This document shows positions 42,931 through 56,306 of a DNA stretch of 64,000 nucleotides, one piece after another. A program made the translations under genes and the position numbers. Source of the stretch: Eledone cirrhosa (taxonomy: Eukaryota); NCBI GenBank assembly GCA_964016885.1, contig OZ024755.1, forward strand, positions 6,076,001 to 6,140,000, read 5' to 3'. The notes beneath the pieces were generated by a model. It was not told the DNA's origin and did no database searches. It was given only the letters and a program-made list of their open reading frames with translations. Numbering within the stretch: the stretch's first letter is position 1; each line of letters starts with the position of its first letter.

Positions 42931-43800
42931 ATATATATATAGATAGATATAAATATATAAATATATATATATTGGGTATCCATTCTTCACTGACTTTTAA
43001 AATGCTTCCTTTTCGTTTATGATCACCATATTGCAATATAAAAGGGAAGTAATTGTAACGCCGTTGGATAATTCCTTTATATAAAACGGTTTCTTGGTAG
43101 GGAAACTGTTGGAAAGCTCTGGTCTATTGTGTTATTGTTCTCATTTCAAATCCTGGCGTCCTATTTTGTCTCGCATGATCGATAGATTATGTATGAAGCA
43201 GTAATAATACACATTTATACTAAACATAAGTCAAATTGACCCATTTACACATTTATATATATAGAATACATACACAAAACTGTGTGTCCTTGTGTATACA
43301 TGTAAACGTTGTGAATATTCACATATATACGCGCATAATCGCAGACGTACATTGACATATGTATAGAAATGCGAGTTCTAATTCTTTCTCACTTTCTCTT
43401 TCTCTCTGCTTCTCCCACTTATTCCCCCCAATCTCTCTCACATACATACATACATACATACATACATATTGTTGTGTATGTATAAAGAGAGAAAATATAT
43501 CAGGGCAATTTCAAAATTATTTTGTAGCTTTGCCAACCATTGCTGGCTACTAACTCAAATACTCGACGCCAACCTCTGACCTACAATACTATGAAACCAT
43601 ATTGAAAAGCTAACAAAAGGAACCTGCATGTGGCCTCTCGTTTAACTAGAAATAGGAGATAAAACTGTCAGAAACTTCACCTTTTTTACTTTAAAAATAT
43701 AATAACGTATTCTTAAATGAAGTCTAGTTAAATAGCGAGAAGGTCATAATACGAAGACCTCTCATTATATATGTCCTTCACGGATAATTTGGAGTAAACA

Positions 43801-44089
43801 ATAATTGCTTCTACTTTTGGCACAAGGCCAGCAATTAACCACTGTATTACTGGTACTTTATTTTATCGACCCCGTACGGATTAAATGCAAAGTTAACCTC
43901 GGCGGGATTTGAACTCAGAATGGCAAGGGCCGTAACTCTATGCGTCAAAGCATGGAGTCCGACCCTCTACCGATACTGCCAATCCACCGCTTTGATAATT
44001 GTTTCTACTTTTGGCACAAGGTCGGCAATTATCCCAGTGTATTACTGGTACTTTATTTTATCGACCCCGTAAGGATGAAAGGCAAAGTT
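43801..44089 (-). mobile_element. Tandem SINE family A (full 43801-43991 plus truncated 43996-44089)
   Basis: Both copies are enclosed by the direct repeat GAGTAAACAATAAT. Confidence 0.9.
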
Positions 44090-44144
44090 TAGAGTAAACA
44101 ATAATAACAGCAATAAATGACTTTATAGACACTGAATCATCAAG

Positions 44145-44350
44145 GGGATTTCTATGTGGTAGTTAAGCCAGTTAGAAATAGCAGCCAAATCTCGCTCAAA
44201 CAACGGCAACATCTAATGGTCTTAGAAATTTATACTAGGCAATGTAGTCTGAGAAATACATTTTTTGAAAAAAGACAGGACAGTCACAACTGGATCACTT
44301 TTAATCATAGGTCCACCCTTTCAGATCGATAAACATACAATAAGAACAGC
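44145..44350 (+). mobile_element. Old dispersed repeat (TAGAAATAGCAGCCAAATCT family); relics also at about 37365-37440, 43620-43800 and 57095-57140
   Basis: Mutual similarity among the copies. Confidence 0.55.
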
Positions 44351-44945
44351 AACTATAAACACTCATAGATTTAATCACTAATTCAATAATTCACTCATAA
44401 TACCACAAATGCTTCCACCCTTACATGTAGAATTTACTTTCCTTATCACTCCCAATTGTCTTCTTCTTTCCCTTCCTCTCTTCCACACTCGCACATACAT
44501 GCATATACTAACAAACACAAGCAGAGAGAGAGAGGGGGGGGGGAGAGATAGATAGATAGAGAGAGAGGGAAAGATAGAAAAAGATAATAGATAGATAGGT
44601 AGATAGAGAGAGAGAGGGGGTAAGAGAGAAATAGATAGATAGAGAGAGAGAGAGTTACACACACACGCACACATCGACACGGATGCAATCATACGACCGT
44701 CATTGAACCGAATGCTTAGGAAAATGAGGAAAACTCGGTGAAACAGCACAACGTGCACTTTAGAGGAGATGCCGCTCTTATTACATGAAAGAAAGCAACA
44801 CCAACAGACAAAGTGAGCCATGGAGTATGAAGCAGAAAAAGAAAACTAGATGGAATGTGAACAAACAAACAAACAAACAAACAATAAAGGAAAAAACTTG
44901 GAAAATAATCAGATTGGTTTCTAGTAGTTTGTGTGTCGCTCTCTG

Positions 44946-44985
<40 letters not shown>

Positions 44986-45076
44986 CATATACATACATAC
45001 AGAAACATATATGTATGTAGGCTTATTTATATACATATGTGTATATATGTATGCATCTCTCCGTCTTTCTCTCAAT

Positions 45077-45121
<45 letters not shown>

Positions 45122-45231
45122 TATATGTGTGTGTGTGTATATATACATATATATGTATATGTAAATATACATATATATATATATATATAGATACACACAC
45201 ACACATATATATAGACGCATATACATATGTG

Positions 45232-45262
<31 letters not shown>

Positions 45263-45657
45263 GGGGACAGACAGAGATAGAGAGATAGAGGGACAGAGAG
45301 AAAGAGAAAGATAGAGGGACACAGAGAGAGAGAGAGATATGCATTTATATGCGTGTATATCTAGTGGTATTTATATATGCATGTATATATGTGTGTGTGA
45401 TGTGGTTTTGTGTATTGATGTAACGTACGAGACATTTGTTTTTTTAATTGTTGTTCTTGGTATTCTGCCAAAGTTTAGACTTCACATGCATAAGACTGTT
45501 TGCAAGCTCACAGTCTGGCGTTCATCCCCACCCTACATTCACACTATCTATCTTTTTATTTAACTATCTTGCTTTATCTTATATTATCTCATCTATCTAT
45601 CTATCCATCCATCCATCTATCAACCAATCTATCTATCTATTTCACTATCCATCTATT

Positions 45658-45690
<33 letters not shown>

Positions 45691-45923
45691 CTATATCTAC
45701 CAATCTATCTATTGTGTCTCTATCTGTTTATCTATCTATATATATATATATATATATATATACCTACCTCACTCTTGAACTATCTATCTATCTATCTATC
45801 TATCTATCGTATCTCTATCTGTTTATCTACCTATCTATCAATCAAATCTCAATCTATCCCTTTACCTCTTCCATTAGTCCCCCATGTCCCGAAAGCATGA
45901 TCTGTACGGCTGTTCTGGACGTA

Positions 45924-45968
<45 letters not shown>

Positions 45969-46261
45969 TGCTTATTCACACACAAACAATCAAATACACG
46001 AACATATACACACGCATTTATATATATGTATATATACAGTGTGTGTGAGAGAGAGAGACAGAGAGAGAGAGAGAATGTAGACAGCAACTAACTCTCATGG
46101 GACCTGAAAATATTGGCAACATTGTAAGTCAAGAACCTTCCGAAAATATTCCTGATGAGTGGAAAATGTTTTATATACTGTCTGTCCATGTTATATACAC
46201 GTTATATAACTTTCATTACTTAGTGTTAGCTATCTTTATTATATTCTTATATTGTTATGAA

Positions 46262-46456
46262 GGGGCGGTGGATTGGTAGTATTGGTAGAGGGTCGGACAC
46301 CATGCTTTGCAGCAAAGAGTTACGGCCCTTTATGGTCTGAGTTCAAATCCCGCCGAGGTTAACATTGCCTTTCATCCTTACGGGGGTCGATAAAATAATG
46401 TACCAGTAATACACTGGGATAATTACTGGCCTTGTGCCGAAAATAGAAACAATTAT
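46262..46456 (+). mobile_element. SINE family A
   Basis: Full length, TSD TTATATTGTTAT. Confidence 0.9.
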
Positions 46457-46991
46457 ATTGTTATATTTGGGGATGGTCATGTTGTCCTAATATTGCCAAA
46501 AAATAGTAAAACTCACTATTTGGTTTGGTTTTTACTTATGTTTCAGTGGATTTTAAAAAAATATTTCCATAAATGATTTATCTGAAAATCAATGCTTATC
46601 ATTGATTGACAAACAGTTAAAAATGTAAATATAAATATAATGTCTTCAAGTTCTATCGTCACACATTTCCGTGACATCTTCAGTGATTATCGCTATGTTT
46701 TATTATAGCTTATTTAATCATCATCATCATTATCTTGTGGTTGTTGTTCCAGTAAATGCATCCGTTTACTGAGCCTCCCGCTTAGAAGGCGAGTTTGTTC
46801 CCCCTTGGATTACCCAACGAAAATTATTTTATTTTTTTGCTCTTTTATAAACAAACGTCTTTTGTATTATTCGAGGCTCCACCCTATCATTAGTTTGGGT
46901 GGTAAATATGATTCAGCTTCAACTTTTCTTTAACTGTGCTTAAAATTTGGCAATGTGCCTTTTACAGCATATATATATATATATATATACT

Positions 46992-47250
46992 GTAAGAATA
47001 AAGAACAAGAATTCAGTGTTGCATCATCACATATTTAATAACATATTACATATGTTTCACTATCGATCAGCTCGAGGAAAGACCTATTATTGATCGAACC
47101 ATCGTCAGATAGGTTTCCTATGTGATCTGGTCTCCGATTCTATCCTTTATTCTTATAGTATTATATATTCTCTGCTCTGTGCGAACATCGAGTGCTCAAC
47201 CGGCATACCTCCTCCTACGGACGCAATGTTTCTTGCAACCATACACCTAC

Positions 47251-47253
<3 letters not shown>
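46992..47253 (-). mobile_element. Hammerhead-bearing element family H4, apparently full length
   Basis: Paralogous to 50401-50605 and 25676-25910, with (TA)n on both sides. Confidence 0.8.
47040..47115 (-). ncRNA. Type I hammerhead ribozyme motif, core intact
   Basis: AACCUAU-CUGACGA-uggu-UCGAUCA(21 nt)UGAUCGA-uagu-GAAA-CAUAUG-UA-AUAUGUU: palindromic stem III, GUA triplet, base of stem II poorly paired. Confidence 0.7.
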
Positions 47254-47296
<43 letters not shown>

Positions 47297-47686
47297 TATA
47301 TACCGATCACAATTCCATTGAGAGGAGATATATATTTATAGCGATGTTGCACACGGAAAAAAATATGTGGAGGTAAATGAGCAAAAGCATCCATCTTCGT
47401 CTTCCTTCAACCACTGAGGATTGCAATTTCGTGCATAAGAGTGGTATTGAGCCCAGGCTGCACGACTTGTTAGAACAAGGCGCTACCGGTTTTAGTTGGA
47501 TGAAATGGAAGAAGTAGTTTGTGCTAATAATGGTACACACCTGTATCGGTCGCTATGTGTCCCAACCGCATCAGTTTGTTACAGGAATCTAACTAAAACT
47601 GCGTATCAAAGTATAAAACTTTGCTCTATGTTTACATGTTGAGTGCCCGTTCATTGTAACACGAATTCATATTGAAGCAACTGTGA

Positions 47687-47738
<52 letters not shown>

Positions 47739-47792
47739 CTTGGTGTTTAAACGGCAGCAGCTCAGCCGTTGGTGTTCGGACTCATTCATTCA

Positions 47793-47851
<59 letters not shown>

Positions 47852-47856
<5 letters not shown>

Positions 47857-48028
47857 AATGAGTAGGACCCCGACGGCTGAGCTCAAGCCGTTTCGACGGC
47901 TAATTCTGGACGCTAATTCTCAGCCGTCGTGGTCCTACTCGTTCCTATTACCCACTCTACTACCCTAAATATTGAGTACTTCGGTTCGTTATGGTCCATC
48001 TGGTTCCTTACCACATTTTCTTCGTTAT
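47852..48028. mobile_element. Family H3, palindromic copy with central deletion
   Basis: Arms ATAGGAA.GAGTAGGACC/GGTCCTACTCGTTCCTAT, shared tail, (TA)n flanks. Confidence 0.8.
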
Positions 48029-48123
48029 ATATATACTATATATATATATATATATACATATATACATATACTACCCTCCATATTTATAATTATATAAAAA
48101 CCATATATAAGTATAAATATTAT

Positions 48124-48163
<40 letters not shown>

Positions 48164-49269
48164 ATAATATTTATACTTATATATGGTTTATACAGGGGGA
48201 ATAGAGAAAGCTATATATATATATATATATATATAGCTTTCTCTATTTCCCCCTGTCTACCTTTTTTATGTTTTCCTGTCATTTGTCTTTGTCTCTACGA
48301 TGGACTATAGTCCATATATTTTTATATCTTTTCTTCTTTCTATTTTGTTTTCCTTTGTCTAAGCTACCAACGGACCGTTTCTACCTCACTCTTCCTTTTC
48401 AATTGATTCACTTTGTTTTGTAGCAGTTTTTCTTCCTACCGTCTTTTTTTTCCTGTAAATCGGCGAATGGCACTACTCAACAGATTTTTGTCTGAATTGG
48501 ATTGTATTTGTTCTTGTCATAGATATATCTCTGTATTATGCCGTGTGAGACAGACACTCTTGATATATTCATTTCATGATTATTTCCTTAAGGCATACAG
48601 TAATAGTAGTTGAAAGAAGAAATCATGGCTTGAATTTAATGTTGTCTCTTATGAAATTGGGTTGCTGAGATTGAAGTAGGTTGTATGTATTCTAGAAATG
48701 ATATTTGAAGTCGACACAACTCACACAGATTATTGTGGCGTTGAAAATCTCAACTTGGTTTATTTATTCAAATATTAACTAATTAATTCATCAATTAAAG
48801 GCTGTGGACAAGTTGCCCAGGTTTCAGATAAAATGCCTTGGAATTTTTCTTCCTAATTGCGCTCAACTTTCAAATCCTGCCTAGGTCTGCTTTACTGAAT
48901 TTACATCGGTTCACGATCAATAAAAGAATTCCCAGTCCAGAGGCGGTGGATTGGTGGAGTCAATGAACCGGCATCTGAATCACCTTTGTGTATTGAAAAT
49001 TTAAGCTTCACTTTCTCCTCACTGGAATTGTGATCGACAGATAGTATCAATTATGGAAAGATTAAGAGAAACATTATTTCGTTTGTCCGGTCTTACGATC
49101 GAGCTCATTCCTTTATAAATGGTTTTGGAGCGAGAGAAACAGCAAAGAAAAAAATACTTGCGAAGAGATACAAATAGTTATCAACATGAATAAGCTCCCT
49201 AATATGGTTCTCACTGTCATTTCTTTTCCATTCGCAGCTGGTAAAATTACTACCAGAAATTTGACTTTA

Positions 49270-49832
49270 GTTGTTTCCAACGATAAGTGTTTGGGTTGTT
49301 AGAACAACTGAACAGCCTACTCACGAAATTAACGTGTAATAAGGCTGAATATTCCACAGACATAGTTTTCAGAAAGATACAGCGTGACAAAGTGTGTGAT
49401 AAAGCTGGCCCTTGAAATACAGCTTCAGCACATTTTTGTTAGTTGAATGAACCGGAGTATACGTGTAATACTAATACTTTAGTAGAGTGAAGGCGCATAG
49501 CTTAGTGGTTAGAGCATTGGGCTTACAATCTAAAGGTTGTGAGTTCAATTCTCGAACCGGGTGATGTGTTGTTTCCTTGAGCAAGACACTTTATTTCAAG
49601 TTTCTCCAGTTTACTCAGCTGTAGAAATGAGATGATAGGACTGGGGTCCCTATCATTAAATTACCCAAGATACCTCCAACTAGATATACCTTGGAGGAGG
49701 CCAGCTAAACCTGCATAGGTGTGAGCTGTAACAAACAAATACTTTGCTCAAAGATACAACGCCGTCTGAATCAGATTGACGTCCTTGCGATTTAGAGTAG
49801 AACGTTCTAACCGTTAAGCTATGTGCTTTCAC
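49270..49832. mobile_element. Old CORE-type SINE (-; 49270-49470 and 49740-49832) split by a younger CORE-SINE head (+; 49488-49635)
   Basis: The plus copy matches 24768-24910. The flanking pieces read as the tail and head of one minus-strand element. Confidence 0.6.
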
Positions 49833-50400
49833 ATCACGAAAAATATATTGGTGTGAATTCACACATTTATATTTATTTAGTATGAAATTGCGGTGAGCGA
49901 CGGGAAATAAAAAATAAAATTCAGGTAAACTGATTCCATGACCCGGTTCCCCCTAGCGGTGGTAGCAATTGCTTTTAATTAGTTATTTATTTTATTGCAC
50001 TGTACAGTTCATGTTTTTTTAATAGGACTCCACCCTAAAAGACTTGTTACTTAATTTCCATTTCAGCACACAAAATGCCAAAGTAATTTTTATTTTATTC
50101 CAAGAATTTGTAAAAAGATAAACAAACAAAATAGTATAAATATATCTTATATTTAGATAATGAGTGCTATCCTTTACATACATTCCTTATTCGCATTGTA
50201 ATTCTCAATTTCCATAAACAAAATTCGGATTTAACACGTTTGATACCAAACTGCCCGAAACCAACCCTCGTTTTACGATCAAAACTGTTTGATTTGAAAT
50301 GTTTATATTTAACTATAAACGTTCAATCAAATTTTATGTTAAAACCTTTGTGAAGGTACGTTCCGAAAACCAACTTAATTAATGAGAATATTGTGGTTAT

Positions 50401-50605
50401 ATAAGAATAAGGGACAAAGATTCAGTGTTGCATTATAACATATTTAATAACATATTACATACGTTTCACTATCGAACAGCTCGAGGAAAGACCTATTATT
50501 GATCGAAGCTGACTCTGTAATCGCCAGATATGTTTCCTATGTGATCTCGTCTCCGATTCTATCCTTTATTCTTATAGTATTATATATTCTCTGCCCTGCG
50601 CGAAA
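50401..50605 (-). mobile_element. Family H4, truncated copy with about 29-bp TSD
   Basis: High similarity to 46992-47185. Confidence 0.8.
50449..50534 (-). ncRNA. Type I hammerhead ribozyme motif (A6 mutated to G)
   Basis: AACAUAU-CUGGCGA-long stem II-GAAA-CGUAUG-UA-AUAUGUU: perfect 7-bp stem I. Confidence 0.7.
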
Positions 50606-51362
50606 ACGAATTTAATTAATGAGAAAATCGTGGTTACATATAAAAACCCATTCAAGTATTTTGATTATATTCAGGATTACTTGAAAAACGTAGGCAGTGA
50701 ATTTTGTTAGAAAAAGGGTAACAAAAGGTTTAAAGCTGTAATTTGATTCAGGTACAAACATTGCTATTTGCTTTTCATTTTCGTTTTGTTGATAACTTGC
50801 CATTCTTTCTTCTTTTCAAATATCTATATTACTTCATTATTTATGTTGTTGTCACAGCTCACACAAACCTAGATTTAGTCGACATCCTATGAATTTGCTT
50901 CCCATATGGGGTGTCTTAAGTGTTTTAATGATAGAGGCCCCAGCGCTATAATGATTCCATTACTCTTCTGGAGCTAGAAGGTGTCACTTATGCTTCCTCG
51001 AGAAGCTGCACATATTGTAATAGCTAATTTAAACACACAATAACAGGGATATGATATTGCTCTACGGCTACCAGCAGGGTTCCTCACTAACCAATTCAAA
51101 ACCATTAACTGTTAATATAATTTCTTAAGCATAACATCACTTCCCTTTTTACAAAATTTGCCATCCCACTGACACTAACGCTGCTAATTGAAAACATTAG
51201 GTAACCATTTACTTTCTTGAATTTCGTGTTTCACTTTAGAAAAGCTGGAAAGTGCTAAGATAATCTTTACTTATGAAAGGGTGAATAAAATGAAGTTAAA
51301 AGCGATGTTCTGTCATACCCTGGAGGAAGGACCCACTAGTACTACATACATGTATTTATATA

Positions 51363-51397
<35 letters not shown>

Positions 51398-51429
51398 CAA
51401 AGACATATACAGCATTCACACACTCTTTC

Positions 51430-51752
51430 TGCATATATATATATATGCATATATATATATATATATATATGCCTATATATATATATATATATGGCTATAT
51501 ATATATATATATATATATAGATATATATATATATATATGGCTATATATATATATATATATGCATATATATATATATATATGGCTATATATATATATATAT
51601 ATGGCTATATATATATATATATATGCATATATATATATATATATGGCTATATATATATATATATATGCATATATATATATATATATGGCTATATATATAT
51701 ATATATAGCTATATATATATATATATATGCATATATATATATATATATATGG

Positions 51753-51787
<35 letters not shown>

Positions 51788-51911
51788 TATACATATATAT
51801 ATATACATTTATGATAATATATATATACATTTATGATAATATATACATACATTTATGATTATATATACATATATATATACATATATGATTATATATACAT
51901 ATACATTTATG

Positions 51912-51949
<38 letters not shown>

Positions 51950-52254
51950 TATATATATATATATATATATATATATGGCTATATATATATATATATATAT
52001 GGCTATATATATATATATAGATATATATATATATATATGGCTATATATATATATATATGCATATATATATATATATATATGGCTATATATATATGGCTAT
52101 ATATATGGCTATATATATATATATATATATATGGCTATATATATATATATATATATGGCTATATATATATATATATGGCTATATATATATATATGGCTAT
52201 ATATATATATATGCATATATATATATGGCTATATATATATGCATATATATATGG

Positions 52255-52290
<36 letters not shown>
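51430..52290. repeat. (TA)n satellite punctuated by GGC/GC
   Basis: Directly visible. Confidence 0.95.
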
Positions 52291-52879
52291 TAAATCTTGC
52301 AAACTGTATTTCGACCAAATATATTTGGTCGAAATACAGTTTGCAAGATTTAGCATTCTGGAGCCGCTTTTCACTGTATATAAGGTACAAAATTTACCCA
52401 TCTCATTACAGTTGAAAATTGCAAACTTGACTGTCACCACACATTATGAACCTGAAGATTGCGAAAGCATGAAAGTACTTGTTCAATTAACACTTAACAT
52501 TTAATATTCTATCATACTATTTCATTATAATACCATATAATATATATACAATAAAGTATGTCCATTGAATCATTTGATAATATATATATGCACCATTTCC
52601 TCTCCCAATTAGTATAATCAAGCACACAAAAAAAAAACAATTAAACCATGCTATGAGATTAAAAGGCACCTATGAAAAATAGCAATCCATTCGCGATCAA
52701 CCGCCATAGAATATTTACCCAACATTTCAATACCAAGTGGAAATCGATTAAATATATATATATATAGATGTATTAATATATATATGTACGAACTATTTTA
52801 TAGCTTTTTATGGAAATGATTATGTATATTTTCTTCCAGCAGTCATTTAAATATTTGTAGCAAGATTTTATACAGACAT

Positions 52880-53857
52880 TAATTATATATAAATATATAT
52901 ATATATACATTTGTAATTATATATATATAAGTATATATATATACATTTATTATTATCTCTCTCTATATTTATATAAACATACATTTATAATTATCTCTAT
53001 ATATATACATGTATATATACATACATTTATAATTCTCTCTCTCTATATATATATATAAACATACATTTATAATTATCTATATATACATATAAATATATAT
53101 ATATATATATATACATACATACATTTATAATTATCTCTATATATAAATATATATATATATATACATAAATATATATATATATATATATACATAAATATAT
53201 ATATATACATTTATAATTATCTCTCTCTATATATATATATATACCTTTATGATTATATATATATACATTTACATTTATGATTATATATATATATATATAT
53301 ATATACGTTTATGATTATATATATATATATATATATACATTTATGATTATATATATATATATATACATTTATAATTATATATATATATATACATTTATAA
53401 TTATATATCTCTATATATATATATATATACATTTATGATAATATATATATATATATACATTTATGATAATATATATATACATTTATGATTATATATACAT
53501 ATATATATATACATATATGATTATATATACATATACATTTATGATTATATATACATATACATTTATGATTATATATAGATATATATATATACATTTATGA
53601 TTATATATACATATACACATTTATGATTATATATACATATATACATTAATGATTATATACACATATACACATTAATCATTATATATACATATACATATAT
53701 ATACATTTAGGATTATATATATATATATATACATTTATGATTATATACACATATACATATATATACACATGTATATATAAATTGATATACAAATAATTAT
53801 CTACATATTTATATAAATATATATACAAATAATTATAATAATATACACATCCACACA

Positions 53858-53909
<52 letters not shown>

Positions 53910-53940
53910 TATATATATATACATATATAGACACACACAT
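52880..53940. repeat. (TA)n satellite punctuated by CATTTATRATT
   Basis: Directly visible. Confidence 0.95.
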
Positions 53941-54102
53941 ATAGGAGTGTTCATTAGTTAACAAATATGTTGAGAAAGGTTTTGTTATTGTGCATTAATT
54001 TAATTAGTATGATAGATATGTTTTATGATGCTAGACGGCGTTACTTTAAATTATATGAATCCTCTACAGCCAATGATTTATTGTACATACTTATTACTTC
54101 TA

Positions 54103-54150
<48 letters not shown>

Positions 54151-54204
54151 GTACGTACACGAACACACACACACATATATATATATATATATTATATATA
54201 TATC

Positions 54205-54243
<39 letters not shown>

Positions 54244-54327
54244 AAGTACATACACCTATATATATATATATATAAGTACATACACCTATATATATATATA
54301 TATAAGTACATACACCTATATATATAT

Positions 54328-54937
54328 ATGGTGGCTGCCAACTCGTTTTCGAGTACGGCCACTACTTTATATCCATGTAGGAGAACCCCTACCGATGCGC
54401 TGAACGAGTGTGACATTTTAGTCCAGCCAGCGACTTGAAAACTCTGGTACAAACAATACACTTGTGACAATTATTGACACATAGTGCTGGGCCCATGGTA
54501 CCATGTGACGACAAGTGCAGAGAGATCTCCACATATAAAGCAATGCCTGTGCCGTGAAGCTTTTATAGTGAGCAAAGGCACCGCACAAAGCCAGTCCCAC
54601 TCTCTTAACCAAGATGATATTTACCAAAAAGAAGAACAAGTCAACATCATTGGATACCATCAGGGTTGCAGGTGTTATATCAGAGTTTAACTTCTCCTAG
54701 AATTCTGCCTTGAGAAAGGCTAAGGGGTCATCTCTCCCGGTCATTTTGGATGGCCATTGACTCTTAAGAGCTCCTTTGCCCTTTGACAGGTTTTGTTTTT
54801 AGTCCTGCAGGATGTCCAAAGTCACCCTCCTCACCAAGAAAAACTTGGTGGGGTTGCCGGTTTAGTCGCCAACGACCCGACCATGAGACAGGTTGTACTG
54901 GCATACATGTTACCAGTAGCACCAACTGGTGACCCGA
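54328..54937 (-). mobile_element. About 610-bp non-autonomous RTE derivative (RTE-like 5' UTR joined to RTE 3' end)
   Basis: The 3' part matches 8496-8755 (C2H2 relic plus GCCGTACTCGAAAACGAGTTGGCAGCCACCAT end). The 5' part has CTAGGAGAAGTTAAACTCTGAT and GCGACTAAACCGGCAAC, which I recall as RTE/BovB-like 5' UTR motifs. TSD TATAAGTACATACACCTATA. Confidence 0.7.
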
Positions 54938-54939
54938 CA

Positions 54940-55052
54940 TATATATATATATATATATATAAGTACATACACCTATATATATATATATACATATATATAC
55001 ATACACCTATATATATATATACATATATATATATATACATATATATATATAC

Positions 55053-55131
<79 letters not shown>

Positions 55132-55306
55132 CATACACCTATATATATATATACATATATATATATATACATACACCTATATATATATATACATATATAT
55201 ATATATACATACACCTATATATATATATACATATATATATATATACATACACCTATATATATATATACATATATATATATATACATACACCTATATATAT
55301 ATATAC

Positions 55307-55369
<63 letters not shown>

Positions 55370-55390
55370 CACATATATATATATATACAC

Positions 55391-55421
<31 letters not shown>

Positions 55422-55447
55422 CACATATATATATATATACATACACC

Positions 55448-55479
<32 letters not shown>

Positions 55480-55598
55480 CATACACCTATATATATATAT
55501 ATATACATACATATATACATACACCTATATATATATACATATATACATACACCTATATATATATATACATATATACATACACCTATATATATATATAC

Positions 55599-55629
<31 letters not shown>

Positions 55630-55666
55630 CATACACCTATATATATATACATATATATACATACAC

Positions 55667-55701
<35 letters not shown>

Positions 55702-55772
55702 CACTATATTATATATATATATATATATATACATATACACTACACTATATTATATATATATATACATATACA

Positions 55773-55812
<40 letters not shown>

Positions 55813-55863
55813 CATACACATGCATATATATATATATATACATACATACATATATATATATAT
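54940..55863. repeat. (TA)n satellite punctuated by CATACACCT
   Basis: Directly visible. Confidence 0.95.
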
Positions 55864-56120
55864 AGGTTTATACTTTATACATACAGATAATTGCAGTTAG
55901 TAGACTGGTTCAAACCAATATTCCATTGGAATCTATTTATGATTTATGAGTTATATTTAATTGGCTATATAAATATGAAACACCAATGTAGATTTATCAA
56001 TTTACTTGTTTATAGCTTCAGTATTATAAAACACCACCGCCTGTTGTGGCCTCGTGGTTAAGGTATTCGGCACCCACTCTAAATAATCTGTGTTCGTTTC
56101 CTCTATCGAGTGGTTCATTA

Positions 56121-56306
56121 TGGATTGGCAGTATCGGTAGAAGGTCGGACGCCATGCTTTGACGCATAGAGTTACGGCCCTTGCCATTTTGAGTTCAAAT
56201 CCCGCCAAGGTTAACTTTGCCTTTCATCCTTACAGGGTCGATAAAATAAAGTACCAGTAATGCACTGGGTAATTGCTGGCCTTGTGCCAAAAGTAGAAAC
56301 AATTAT
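56121..56306 (+). mobile_element. SINE family A
   Basis: Near full-length match. Confidence 0.9.

Larger units (their letters stand above)
50231..50733. mobile_element. Old TTAA-bounded (piggyBac-like) MITE interrupted by an H4 element
   Basis: Degenerate TIRs TTAACACGTTTGATACC / GGTAACAAAAGGTTTAA. Confidence 0.55.

Noticed and set aside
49641-50943. Possible TIR pair (CTGGGG.CCCTATCATTAAA / TTTAATGATAGAGGCCCCAG)
   Set aside because: Degenerate, with a third similar end at about 26965. More likely separate MITE remnants than one element.
54870-54915. Twister-like arrangement (UAA-CAUG...GC-CAG...CUG...CAUG)
   Set aside because: The two pseudoknot pairings and the conserved L1 purines cannot be formed.
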